Positions 28,344-37,936 of a DNA stretch of 64,000 nucleotides are shown one piece after another. Numbering within the stretch: the stretch's first letter is position 1; each line of letters opens with the position of its first letter. The notes under the pieces were generated by a model. It ran no database searches. It was not told the DNA's origin and worked only from the letters and a program-made list of their open reading frames with translations. Source of the DNA: an uncultured Acidobacteriota bacterium (lineage in GTDB: Bacteria > Acidobacteriota > Thermoanaerobaculia > Multivoradales > UBA5704); NCBI GenBank assembly GCA_963770895.1, contig CAVYRF010000002.1, positions 736,001-800,000 of the forward strand, in the 5' to 3' direction. A program made the position numbers and the translations under genes.

Positions 28344-30421
28344 TGGGCAACGAAGCGCACCAGAAGGTCACGGCCCGACACCTTAAGCGAAACGCCTACC
28401 TCTACATCCGGCAGTCCACGCTGCGACAGGTCTTCGAGAACACCGAAAGTACCGATCGCCAGTACGCCCTGAGGCAGCGAGCGGTAGCGCTAGGTTGGGC
28501 CCAGGAGCAGATCATCATCATTGACTGCGACCAGGGGCAGTCGGGCGCGTCGGCGGAGCGACGCGACGGCTTCCAGAGACTTGTCGCCGATGTCGGCATG
28601 GGACGCGCGGGAATCGTGATGGGGCTCGAGGTGTCGCGGCTGGCGCGGAACTCCTCCGACTGGCATCGGCTCCTCGAGATCTCTGCGCTCAGCGACACGC
28701 TCATCCTCGACGAAGATGGCGTCTATGACCCCGCGCACTTCAACGACCGCCTTCTGCTTGGCCTCAAGGGCACCATGAGCGAGGCGGAGCTGCACGTGCT
28801 GCGGGCGCGACTACGGGGCGGCATCCTCAACAAGGCGCGCCGCGGCGAGCTTGAGTCGCCACTTCCCATTGGCTTCCGTTACGACGCTCAACAGCGCGTT
28901 ATTCTCGATCCTGACAAGCAGGTGCAGGAGACGATCCGCACCTTCTTCCAGATTTTCCGCCGCACAGGTTCGGCGACCGGAACGATGAAGGCCTTCCGCG
29001 CACAGGGACTCCGGTTTCCTCACCGCGTGCGGACGGGGCCGGCCAAAGGTGAGGTGATCTGGGGAGATCTGCAGCATTCCCGTGCCCTCTGGGTGCTGCA
29101 CAATCCGCGATTTGCCGGAGCCTTCTTCTTTGGCCGTAGTCGACAACGCCACTATGGGAATCGCAGCGGCACGTTTGAGAGGTTGCCGCGGGAGGAGTGG
29201 ACCGCACTCATCCGCGATTCGCACCCAGGCTACATCACCTGGGACGAGTTCGAGGAAAACCAGCGACGCCTGCGCGAGAACTCGCAAGCCCAAGGCAGCG
29301 AACGCCGCAAGAGCCCTCCCCGAGAAGGGCCAGCACTCCTCCAGGGTTTGGTGATCTGCGGTGTCTGCGGTGAACGGATGACGGTCCGTTACAACCACAG
29401 CTACGGCAAGCGCCTAACTGTCTACACCTGCCAGCGACAAGGCATCGAGCGCGGCGAACCCTTATGCCAGAGCATCTCGGGCACCCACATCGATGCGGCG
29501 GTCGGGCGCCTCCTCGTCGAAGCCATGACGCCGATGGCTCTCGAGGCCACGCTGACGGTTCAGCAGCAGCTTCAGTCGCGCGCCGATGAAGCGGAGCGGC
29601 TATGGTCTCGACAGGTCGAGCGCGCTCGTTATGAGGCGGACCTGGCACGCCGGCGTTTCATGCAGGTCGATCCCGATAATCGTCTGGTGGCTGACGAACT
29701 CGAGGCTGACTGGAACCGGAAGCTGCGGACGCTCACCAGTGCTCAGGAAGAGTATGAGCGACGGCGGAAAGCCGAGACAATAGTTATCGATGAAGCGCAA
29801 CGCTCGCGCATCCTCGCCCTCGCTACGGATCTGACGAAGCTCTGGTACGAGCCAACGACGACGGATCGCGACCGCAAACGGATGGTCAGGCTTCTCATCG
29901 AAGATGTAACACTCAGCAGAGGAACACAGATCACGGCGCAGATTCGCTTCCGCGGTGGCGCAACCACGACACTGGGCCTCCCGCCCGCGTTGCGAGTTTG
30001 GGAGATCTCTCAAACCAGCAAGGAGGTGGTGGCGGAAATCGACAGGTTGCTCGACCATCATACCGACAAACAGATCGCAGCCATCCTCAACCAACAAGCT
30101 TTCCGGTCAGGCAGTGGCAAGAACTTCAAGCCGGTATTCGTCTATCGAATCCGCTTGGAATACAAGCTCCGGAGCCGATACGATCGTCTTCGGGCGGCGG
30201 GTATGATGGACATCACGCAGATCGCCAAGCGGCTCAACGTCACTCCCTGCACGATCAAGCTCTGGCGCCGCGCGGGCCTGCTCAAGGCCCATGCATACAA
30301 CGACAAGGGCCAGCACCTTTTTGAGCTTCCAGGTGCCGACCGGCCTATCAAATTCAAACACAAGCCGCAGCCCTTGCGGCCCACGGTGCGGCACGCAAGT
30401 CGCACCGATTCCAACGGATGA
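28340..30421 (+). CDS. Large serine recombinase (resolvase + recombinase + zinc ribbon + C-terminal HTH)
   Basis: AYLYIRQST (catalytic Ser), EVSRLARN, LLQGLVICGVCG, coiled coil, IAKRLNVTPCTIKLWRRAG. Confidence 0.95.
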   Translation: MMGNEAHQKVTARHLKRNAYLYIRQSTLRQVFENTESTDRQYALRQRAVALGWAQEQIIIIDCDQGQSGASAERRDGFQRLVADVGMGRAGIVMGLEVSRLARNSSDWHRLLEISALSDTLILDEDGVYDPAHFNDRLLLGLKGTMSEAELHVLRARLRGGILNKARRGELESPLPIGFRYDAQQRVILDPDKQVQETIRTFFQIFRRTGSATGTMKAFRAQGLRFPHRVRTGPAKGEVIWGDLQHSRALWVLHNPRFAGAFFFGRSRQRHYGNRSGTFERLPREEWTALIRDSHPGYITWDEFEENQRRLRENSQAQGSERRKSPPREGPALLQGLVICGVCGERMTVRYNHSYGKRLTVYTCQRQGIERGEPLCQSISGTHIDAAVGRLLVEAMTPMALEATLTVQQQLQSRADEAERLWSRQVERARYEADLARRRFMQVDPDNRLVADELEADWNRKLRTLTSAQEEYERRRKAETIVIDEAQRSRILALATDLTKLWYEPTTTDRDRKRMVRLLIEDVTLSRGTQITAQIRFRGGATTTLGLPPALRVWEISQTSKEVVAEIDRLLDHHTDKQIAAILNQQAFRSGSGKNFKPVFVYRIRLEYKLRSRYDRLRAAGMMDITQIAKRLNVTPCTIKLWRRAGLLKAHAYNDKGQHLFELPGADRPIKFKHKPQPLRPTVRHASRTDSNG

Positions 30422-31661
30422 GGTGCAGTATGAAGCGCAGCCTTTGTCCCGCGGTTTGCGCACCCGCGCCGGCAGCACCGCCACACCGTAGTGCTGCGCC
30501 AGCTCCTGATAGGTCCGGTTCGATCTCCGGCTCGTACCGGCACGCCTTGCTCACGCCCGACCGCAGATTGTCGATCACTACGGTTTCCGGCACACCGCCG
30601 CTGAACTCGAAGGCCCGCACGTGCGAGCCCAGCCAGTCCGGCAGCCCCTGCGTCCAGGTCGCCTCCGCGAACGTGTGGTTGCTGGCGCCCCACACTGCCA
30701 CGAACACCTGCGCCTCGCTCACCACGCCGGTCGCTGCATCGATCACCGGCACCGTCTTGCCGCAATAGTCGACGAACAGAGCCTCGCCGGCGCGGTGCAC
30801 CTGCCGCATCGTCACATCGGCCCGCCGCCGCCATCTCTGGTAGAGCTCGCAGTAGCGGCTATATCTGTACCCTTGTGGTTCCTGCTCTTGATACTCCTCC
30901 CACAGCAGCTGCAGCGTCACACCTTTCCCTTTGAGCTCTTGGTGCACCGTAGCCCAGTCCACCGACGCCCGCTGCGCGGCCGGCACCGCCTCCGGCGGCG
31001 GGTACAGCCGCCGCTCCAACTCGTCGTCGCTCAGCGGCTGCGCTTCAGACCAGCTCAACCCACTGCGGCGCGCCCGCGCGCCGCACTCCGCTACCGCCGT
31101 CTTGCTCGACCCGCAGCAGGCCGCCGCTTGGCGCTGGCTCAGCCCGCAGACCATCAGCAAACGCAGGATCTCTCGAATCTTCCTCATGCTCACTCTCCGT
31201 GCTGGCATCTCGACTCCTGATCGTCAAACGACCAGGATGCCAGAGGTTTGTGAGCCCCTCCAAACGCTTATCGCGCATGCACTTACGGCGCATCGCGACC
31301 GGCATTCCGGGGAAGGCGACCACCCTTCCGGGCTTGGCGACCACCCTTACGGCGGTCACACCCAAACCGGTCGTCTTCCCGTCGGAATCACTGGTCGCCT
31401 TCCGCCCGGAACGGTGGTCGCCTTCGCCCCGGAATCGGTGGTCGCCTTCGACCGGATTACGCACCATGTCCACCGCTTCTACGATTGCCAGCACCTGCCA
31501 CAACCGTAGGTCGGTCCTGCCGGTTAGAGCACGCTGCACGTCGCATGTGAAGCCCCGACCCTGAAGGCGGCGGGACATCTCCACTCGGCTCACCCCTGCC
31601 AATCCGACGAGACGGCAAAGCGCCTGGTGCGACCGCTCGGCGTCCGGGTGACGGCCAGTCG

Positions 31662-31955
31662 TCATGACAGCCTCCCTTCGATCGACTCCGCTATGGCGCC
31701 GACCTTCCCAGCCATCTTGCCGGCGAACCGGGCCAAGTCGTCGTCCGGCGGCGGGAGCGATGAGGCGCTGTGCGCATCGCCGGTCATGGATAGGTAGCCT
31801 TCGAGATACCGGAGATCGGCGGCGGCGGCGCGCAACTCGTCGCGGGTCGGAGACTCGGTGAATGGCCCGCGTGTCGTCTCCAGAGCGTACAGGTACAGCA
31901 TTCGGCTCAGGCGGCGGATGGCCTTCCGGTCCTTTGCGTTGTCGATACTGCGCAT
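31662..31955 (-). CDS. Hypothetical protein
   Basis: 97-aa ORF overlapping the start of the split XRE gene (ATGA coupling). Confidence 0.6.
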   Translation of the reverse strand: MRSIDNAKDRKAIRRLSRMLYLYALETTRGPFTESPTRDELRAAAADLRYLEGYLSMTGDAHSASSLPPPDDDLARFAGKMAGKVGAIAESIEGRLS

Positions 31956-32051
31956 GGTGGTTTCCCGGATCGAGGCTGCCTCGGTCCAGGCGGGAGATGG
32001 GGTGGTAGATTTGTGGCGGTTGCGCATTGGCTGGTGTCCTTTGCGTGACTA

Positions 32052-32086
32052 GGCTCCGGTGAGAGTTAACGGCTCTTGCCGGGGCC
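32052..32086 (+). other. Stem-loop immediately upstream of the group II intron insertion site
   Basis: GGCTCCGGTGAGAG-TTAACGG-CTCTTGCCGGGGCC pairs with G-U wobbles; class IIC introns insert just downstream of hairpins. Confidence 0.65.
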
Positions 32087-33902
32087 GCTGTGTGCCCAGC
32101 ATGGGCGTGACTTGGAGGTGCAAGTCCTCTGGGGAACCTGGTCGCAGGGGCCCCGAGCGAACCGCAAGGCGACCGGCCGCGAGGCCGGCGCTGAAAGAAG
32201 CGGTAGCGAAACCGCGGGTTGACGAACAGAAACCGGATAGGAGGCGGCGCAAGCCGGGGCGAGCGGGCAGCGAACCGCGAAGCTCCTGCGACCAAGGGCG
32301 AGCGCCGTAAATCCGGCAGCCGTGCGGGGAAAGCCACGACCCTTACCTGGGGAGGTCTCGCCTGACGCCTGAAAGGGCGACGCCGCAGGGCGGAGCGAGA
32401 AGTCAGCAGAGGTCATAGTAGCCGGGGAGGCGGGAGGGGAGAGGCGAAGGACCGAACGGGGAGGAGAGAGCAACGACCATGGGTCTCGAAGGTGCACGGC
32501 GCCAGATGACCGGGCAACTGGAACTCCCGTTCGAACCAAGGGGTGAAGCCCCGCGAGGAGAGCGGAGTGGCGAAGCACCGATGGCGAGTCAGGGAGACGA
32601 GCGCTCAGGGACCGACCGCCTAATGGAACAGGTGGTGGAGCGGGGCAACGCGAAAGCGGCGTTGCGGCGAGTGAAGCAGAACCACGGAAGTCCTGGCATC
32701 GATGGGATGACGGTGGGAGAGCTGTCAGCTCACCTGGTGAAGCAATGGGAAAGTATCCGGGCGCAACTCCTGACCGGGACTTACCAGCCGCAGCCGGTGA
32801 AGCGGCAGCCGATTCCAAAGGCGGGAGGAGGAGTCCGGGAGTTGGGGATCCGACCGTGCTCGACCGTTTCATCCAGCAGTGCATCTTGCAGGTTCTTCAG
32901 CCGCGCTTTGATCCGACTTTCTCTGAGCACAGCTACGGCTTCCGACCTGGGCGGCGAGCGCACGACGCCGTGCGAGCGGCGCAGAAGTTCATCCAGGAAG
33001 GGCGCCGTTGGGTCGTGGACGTGGACCTGGCGAAATTCTTCGACCGGGTAAATCACGATGTGCTCATGAGCAGGCTGGCCCATCGAATCGCGGACAAGCG
33101 CATGCTGGGACTGATTCGTCGTTACCTTGAGGCCGGAATTCTGGCCGAAGGGGTGACGAAGGAGCGGCACGAGGGGACTCCTCAGGGAGGTCCTCTCAGC
33201 CCGCTACTGGCAAACGTGCTCCTCGACGAAGTGGATCGGGAGCTGGAAAAGCGCGGACACGCCTTCGTGCGTTACGCCGACGACAGCAATGTGTATGTGC
33301 GGTCCCGGCGTGCCGGCGAACGAGTCCTTGGGACTCTTCGGCGGCTCTATTCGCAACTCCGGCTCCAGATCAACGAAGGGAAGAGCGCGGTGGCGCGGCC
33401 ATGGGATCGCAAGTTCCTGGGCTACAGCTTCTGGATAGCCCCCGGACGCGTGATTCGCTGTCGCGTCGCACCCGAAGCTTTGGAGGCGATGAAGACGCGG
33501 GTACGGCACATCACCGGCCGCAGCGAGGGCCGGAGCATCGACTTGGTGGCTGCGAGCCTCCGAGAATATCTGACCGGCTGGAAAGAATACTTCTGTCTGG
33601 CAGATGGCCGGCAAAAGCTCACCAGCATCGACAAGTGGATCCGTCGTCGCCTGCGTATGGTCCAGCTCAAGCAGTGGAAACGAGGTGCCACGACCTACCG
33701 AGAGCTGCGCAGGCGGGGCGTTCCCGAACGCGAAGCCTCCTGGTCGAGTGCCCACGCCCGCAGCTGGTGGAGGACCGCCAAGAACACCGCCTGCTCGGCG
33801 ACAATTACTCCTGTGCACTGGCGACAACTACACCTGTGCAATTTAAGCAGCGCGTAAAGTGGTTGGCAGGCTCGTACCCCCGGCGGCCGGGGAGGAGGCT
33901 GC

Positions 33903-35381
33903 TTGATCACAAGCGACGCACAGGTGAGGCGACTCATGGAAGAGCTGGAGCGACATGGCAAGGTGGGCTTGTCCGCCCTTCGGGCGGGTCTGCACCGCAA
34001 CACCGCGAGGCGATACCGGGACCTGGGCAAGGTGCCCTCGGAGGTCAAGGAGCCGCGGTCGTGGCGGACGCGGGACGACCCGTTCGTGGAGGATTGGCCG
34101 GCGGTGGTGGAGCGCCTGGCCGATGCGCCGGAGCTGGAGGCGAAGGTGCTGTTCGAGGATCTGCTGTCGCGGCGGCCGGGCCGCTACGAGCCTGGCCAGG
34201 TGCGGACGTTTCAGCGCCGGGTGAAGGCATGGCGGGCGCAGGAAGGCCCGGCCAAGGAGGTCTTTTTCGCGCAGGAGCATCGTCCAGGGGAGGCGCTACA
34301 GAGCGACTTCACCTGGGCCAAGGAGTTGGCGATCACGATCGGCGGAGAGGCGTTTCCGCACCAGCTGTGCCATGTCGTGCTGCCGTACTCAAATTGGTCG
34401 TGGCCGACGGTGTGTTTTTCGGAGTCGTTGGCGGCGCTGCGCCGCGGCGTCCAGGCCGCGGTGTTCCGGCTGGGTCGGGTGGCGCACTTTCACCAGACCG
34501 ACAACTCGACGGCGGCGACGCACGATTTGCGGACGGGCAAGCGGGGCTTCAACGCTGAATACGAGGCGTTGATGCGTCATTTGGGGATGGAGCCGCGGAC
34601 TATCGAGCCGGGACAGAAGCATCAGAATGGCGATGTGGAGGCTCTCAACGGCGCCCTCAAGCGGCGGCTTGAGCAGCACCTGCTGTTGCGGGGCAGCCGT
34701 GAGTTTGGCAGCCAGGAGGCGTACGAGTCTTGGCTTGAGCAGGTGACGGAGAAAGCCAACCGGCTGCGGAGCCGGCGGCTGACGGTGGAGCTCGATGCGA
34801 TGCGCCAGCTGCGCGTGGAGCGTCTCCCCGAGTACAGCGAGGTTGAAGTTGGAGTCAGCGGCTGGAGCACGATCCGAGTCAAACACAACGCCTACTCGGT
34901 GCCGTCGCGGCTCCAGGGCGAGCGAGTGCGCGTGCGGATCTTCGACGCCAGGCTGGAGGTCTTCCATGGCGGCCGGCACCAGCTGACGATCGAGCGGCGT
35001 CGCGGCGAAAACGGTCACCGTATCGACTACCGGCACGTGATTTGGTCGCTGGTGCGCAAGCCCGGCGCCTTCGCGCGGTACCGGTACCGTGAGGAGTTGT
35101 TCCCGACGCCGGCGTTTCGCCGCGCCTACGACCAGCTCCACGGCGCGCAGGCCACGGCGCGGGCCGACCTGGAGTATCTGCGGATTCTGCATTTGGCCGC
35201 CTCGACGATGGAGTCCGAGGTAGAGGCGGCGCTGGATCTGTTGAGCGAAGAGGTGCCGCTGTACGAGCGCGTCAAGAGCTTGGTGCAACCGGCACGGACG
35301 TCGCTGACTGTGCCAGAGGTTGCGATGCCGGTCGTCGACCTCCACAGCTACGATGCCCTGCTGGCGCAGGTGGCGTCATGA
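33903..35381 (+). CDS. istA: IS21 transposase IstA
   Basis: N-terminal HTH, QSDFT, QTDN, NGDVE (DDE), YSVPSRL. Confidence 0.9.
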   Translation: MITSDAQVRRLMEELERHGKVGLSALRAGLHRNTARRYRDLGKVPSEVKEPRSWRTRDDPFVEDWPAVVERLADAPELEAKVLFEDLLSRRPGRYEPGQVRTFQRRVKAWRAQEGPAKEVFFAQEHRPGEALQSDFTWAKELAITIGGEAFPHQLCHVVLPYSNWSWPTVCFSESLAALRRGVQAAVFRLGRVAHFHQTDNSTAATHDLRTGKRGFNAEYEALMRHLGMEPRTIEPGQKHQNGDVEALNGALKRRLEQHLLLRGSREFGSQEAYESWLEQVTEKANRLRSRRLTVELDAMRQLRVERLPEYSEVEVGVSGWSTIRVKHNAYSVPSRLQGERVRVRIFDARLEVFHGGRHQLTIERRRGENGHRIDYRHVIWSLVRKPGAFARYRYREELFPTPAFRRAYDQLHGAQATARADLEYLRILHLAASTMESEVEAALDLLSEEVPLYERVKSLVQPARTSLTVPEVAMPVVDLHSYDALLAQVAS

Positions 35382-36142
35382 GTGCGACGCCAGCGGGCCT
35401 CCCGATCCAGCTGCGAGAGCTCAAGCTGCCGGCGTTCGTGACCTACCACGACGAGGTGGCGAAGAGGGCTGAGCAGGGAGGATGGCCCTTCCAAAACTAC
35501 CTGGCCCATTTGACGCAGCTCGAGCTCGACGAGCGGCAACAGCGCAAGCTCGATCGGCTGCGGCGGGCTTCGCAACTACCCGCCGAAAAGACGCTGACAA
35601 CACTGGATTTGTCCCGTCTTCCCGCCAAGGTACGACGAGTTCTGCCAAGCCTGTGCGAGGGCGGCTTTGTCGAGCGGGCGGAGAATCTCTTGGCCTTTGG
35701 GCTGCCAGGAAGGGGAAAATCCCACGCCTTGTGTGCCGTCGGTCACGAGCTGGTCCAGCGCGGCTACAAAGTGCTCTTCACGCCGGCCTTTCGGCTGGTT
35801 CAACGGCTGTTGGTCGCCAAACGCGACCTCGCCCTCGATGCCGAGCTGCGGCGCCTCGACGCCTTCGACGCCGTCCTGGTCGACGACCTCGGCTACGTCC
35901 AGCAAGACCGCGAGGAGATGGAGGTGCTCTTCACCTTCCTCGCCGAGCGCTACGAGCGCAAGAGCGTCCTGATCACCAGCAATCTGGTCTTCTCGCAGTG
36001 GGATCAGATCTTCAAGAACCCGATGACCACTGCCGCCGCGATCGACCGCTTGGTGCATCACGCCGTCATTCTGGAGATGACAGGTCCGAGTATGCGGTCC
36101 GAAGAGGCAGCCGCCCGCGGCGCCGAAGCCAAGAAATCATGA
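35378..36142 (+). CDS. istB: IS21 helper ATPase IstB
   Basis: GLPGRGKS, VDDLGY, ITSNL.FSQW, AAIDRLVHHA. Confidence 0.95.
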   Translation: MSATPAGLPIQLRELKLPAFVTYHDEVAKRAEQGGWPFQNYLAHLTQLELDERQQRKLDRLRRASQLPAEKTLTTLDLSRLPAKVRRVLPSLCEGGFVERAENLLAFGLPGRGKSHALCAVGHELVQRGYKVLFTPAFRLVQRLLVAKRDLALDAELRRLDAFDAVLVDDLGYVQQDREEMEVLFTFLAERYERKSVLITSNLVFSQWDQIFKNPMTTAAAIDRLVHHAVILEMTGPSMRSEEAAARGAEAKKS

Positions 36143-36627
36143 GACTTGGCGCTCCATCGGCCGGCGCGCGTCCTATGGAAGGTGACGCCCTGTGGAAAAC
36201 TGGGTCCCCCACCCGCACCCCCTCCCAGTTTCCCACAGGACTTGCAAAACGCCCCCCTGTCCTCCCACCCGCGTTTCGCACACCTCCCACAGGACCGACG
36301 ACGAGGAGATATCTACCTGAATTTGAAGCAAGAAAAAGCCCGCGGGGCTACGCCCCGCCCCCTACCACGGTGCACAGGTGTAATTGTCGTCGCCGCACAA
36401 GTGTAGTTGACGCCGGGCAACCGCCCTCAACATGGCCCTGCCAACGAGCTACTACGACCGACTGGGAATACCCAGGCTTGCCCCGTAACCTCAACTCCTC
36501 GAACCGCCGGATGCGGACTCGCATGTCCGGTGGTGTGGGAGGGGAACGGCGGGGATGACCCGCCGTCCCCTATCCCGCTTAACTGGATCGCGGGAGAGGA
36601 GCGCTCCTCCCCTCGATTGAGCCAGTA

Positions 36628-36659
36628 TAATCCAAGTTGGATTAACCCAAGATAGATTA
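36628..36659. promoter_or_regulatory. Tandem palindromic operator upstream of the XRE gene
   Basis: Perfect TAATCCAA-G-TTGGATTA (36628-36644) overlapping a degenerate copy TAACCCAAGATAGATTA (36643-36659). Confidence 0.55.
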
Positions 36660-36671
36660 CAGAATGGGCGA

Positions 36672-36902
36672 GTGGGTCCCGTCCACTCACCTGAGTACCA
36701 GAACATGCTGGCGCGGCTTCGGCAGGCCCGCCGCAGCGCCGGGCTTACCCAGGAAGAGGTAGCAAAGCGGCTCGGGGCGCGCCAGGCGTTCGTGTCGAAG
36801 GTGGAGCGAGGCGAGCGGCGGATTGATCCCGTCGAGCTTGCACAGTTCGCCTCCCTGTACGGAAAGCCGCTTGTTTGGTTCCTCGGCTCAGGCCGCGAGT
36901 GA
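36672..36902 (+). CDS. XRE-family HTH regulator
   Basis: LRQARRSAGLTQEEVAKRLG..QAFVSKVERGERRID. Confidence 0.9.
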   Translation: MGPVHSPEYQNMLARLRQARRSAGLTQEEVAKRLGARQAFVSKVERGERRIDPVELAQFASLYGKPLVWFLGSGRE

Positions 36903-37023
36903 GATCAGGGGGCGAGGATGCGCCCCGCCATTGGTCTTGCAGCAGTCTTGCAAATCACGACCCAAAGGACGAACCCTTCCCCGGACCTGATCCTGCAAGT
37001 GACGTTTTTTGTGAGATTTAAAG

Positions 37024-37099
<76 letters not shown>

Positions 37100-37112
37100 A
37101 CTGAGGCGTGAA

Positions 37113-37141
37113 AGTCTAGCGGCTGGGTGGTGGGGTGTCAA
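37113..37141 (-). promoter_or_regulatory. tRNA-Ala promoter
   Basis: TTGACA-17 bp-TAGACT on the minus strand. Confidence 0.7.
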
Positions 37142-37295
37142 ACTCGCGGCGGGGTGGGCGGAAGAGTGGGGTTGCCCCGGCCGCGGCGCGCCTGACGGCG
37201 CGACCGCGGTCGGGCCGGGGGCGCGAGAGGGAGCGTCTTGCCGCGCTCGGAGCCGCTCCAGCATGACGGGTGACATCGGGTGCTGGATTGGGCGG

Positions 37296-37700
37296 TTACA
37301 AGGATGCCCAATTTTCCGTCCGTAGCCCCCCCACCCGCTCGAACTCTCTGAGGTTGTTGGTTACCAGGATGAGGTTGCGGGCCAGGGCCTGGGCGGCGAT
37401 CAGGCTGTCGAGGTCGCCGATGGGACGACCTCGGCGACGAAGATCCGCTCGCAGTCGAGCCCCGTGGACGGCGTCTTCCAGCTCGAAGGGGAGGAGCTTT
37501 ATAGGGGCAACGAAAGAGTCCAGCCGGCCGTGTGCTGCGGAAGGGTCTCGGCTCCCCTCTGCCCCTTGCCGGAGCTCGAGCACGGTGATGACACTCAAGA
37601 CCACGTTCGTGGGACCTACGACACGCAACTTTGCCAGCACGCCGGGTGGGCGCTCCTTGAGGGCGTAGATGCAGATGTTCGTGTCGAGGAGATAGCTCAC
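37296..37700 (-). CDS. vapC: VapC PIN-domain toxin
   Basis: YLLDTNICI, EL..GA, DSLIAAQAL, LVTNNLREF. Confidence 0.95.
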   Translation of the reverse strand: MSYLLDTNICIYALKERPPGVLAKLRVVGPTNVVLSVITVLELRQGAEGSRDPSAAHGRLDSFVAPIKLLPFELEDAVHGARLRADLRRRGRPIGDLDSLIAAQALARNLILVTNNLREFERVGGLRTENWASL

Positions 37701-37936
37701 GGCTCGAAGGTCTTGCGGCGCTGCTTGACCGCGGCAGGGCGGACGAAGTTCTCGGGCATCCCTTCGAACGCTTGCCAGAAGTCAGCCGGCCATTCGGAGC
37801 GCGGCAAGAGCTTGAGGACCAAAGTCTCACCCTCGCGATGAATCTCGACCTCCTCGGTTCCCGGGGGAAATCGCAACTCCTTGGGAAGCCTCACGGCCTG
37901 GCTGTTGCCGCTCCAAAACACCTTCGCGTGGACCAT
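37697..37936 (-). CDS. vapB: VapB antitoxin (AbrB/MazE fold)
   Basis: AKVFWSGNSQAVRLPKELRF; AGGAGG RBS. Confidence 0.92.
   Translation of the reverse strand: MVHAKVFWSGNSQAVRLPKELRFPPGTEEVEIHREGETLVLKLLPRSEWPADFWQAFEGMPENFVRPAAVKQRRKTFEP

Larger units (their letters stand above)
27086..30446 (+). mobile_element. Large serine recombinase integrative element (y4bA-D-like), ~3.36 kb
   Basis: Four genes inserted in istA; shared 3-bp core TTG at 27086-27088 and 30444-30446; excision restores istA GAC AAG GCC. Confidence 0.9.
26275..31208 (-). pseudogene. istA: IS21 transposase IstA, split at PRD|KAKVE by the recombinase element and with a +1 frameshift near 30521
   Basis: N-part MPARRVSMRKIREILRL...FVDYCG...IDNLRSGV...PARVRKPRDK (31208-30444); C-part [16 protein letters not shown]...[10 protein letters not shown] (27088-26275). 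Confidence 0.9.
25038..31463 (-). mobile_element. IS21-family element carrying a nested recombinase element
   Basis: Ends TGCGTAATCCGG / TGCGGATTCCGT with multiple GAAGGCGACCA repeats; 8-bp TSD CCATGTCC (25030-25037, 31464-31471). Confidence 0.95.
24932..31665 (-). pseudogene. XRE-like HTH gene (99 aa) split by the IS21 insertion
   Basis: Removing 25038-31463 and one TSD copy restores MTTGRHPD...GRTDLRLWQVLAIVEAVDM|APAEFFRMVFK...LHK*. Confidence 0.8.
33792..36419 (+). mobile_element. Second, apparently intact IS21-family element
   Basis: Ends TGCTCGGCGACAATTAC / TGCCCGGCGTCAACTAC with internal repeats; 6-bp TSD ACCGCC (33786-33791, 36420-36425). Confidence 0.95.
32479..36488 (+). pseudogene. 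ltrA: Group II intron reverse transcriptase/maturase, frameshifted near 32850 and split by IS21
   Basis: PGIDG, RELGI|PTVLDR, GTPQGGPLSP, RYADD; C-terminus LNMALPTSYYDRLGIPRLAP* resumes at 36426. Confidence 0.9.
32090..36579 (+). mobile_element. Group IIC intron, interrupted by IS21
   Basis: 5' GTGTGCCCAGCATGGGCG; domain V GAACCGCCGGATGCGGACTCGCATGTCCGGTGGTGT (~36501) with CGC triad; domain VI ending CCCCTATCCCGCT. Confidence 0.9.

Noticed and set aside
30418-30768. Plus-strand ORF MRCSMKRSLCPAV... at the element's right end
   Set aside because: Only the first five codons from ATG 30430 belong to the element; the rest is antisense istA.
31300-31463. Regularly spaced GAAGGCGACCA repeats (also 25038-25110) resembling a mini-CRISPR
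   Set aside because: They are IS21 subterminal transposase-binding repeats; spacers are too short and there are no cas genes.
30505-32860. Frameshifts in istA (~30521) and RT (~32850) as programmed frameshifts
   Set aside because: No slippery sequences; single-base indels fit decay or sequencing error, which cannot be distinguished here.
32479-33791. Reverse transcriptase as a possible retron, DGR or defence RT
   Set aside because: YADD RT with maturase domain inside a clear group IIC ribozyme (5' GUGUG, domains V/VI); no template/variable repeat or msr-msd.
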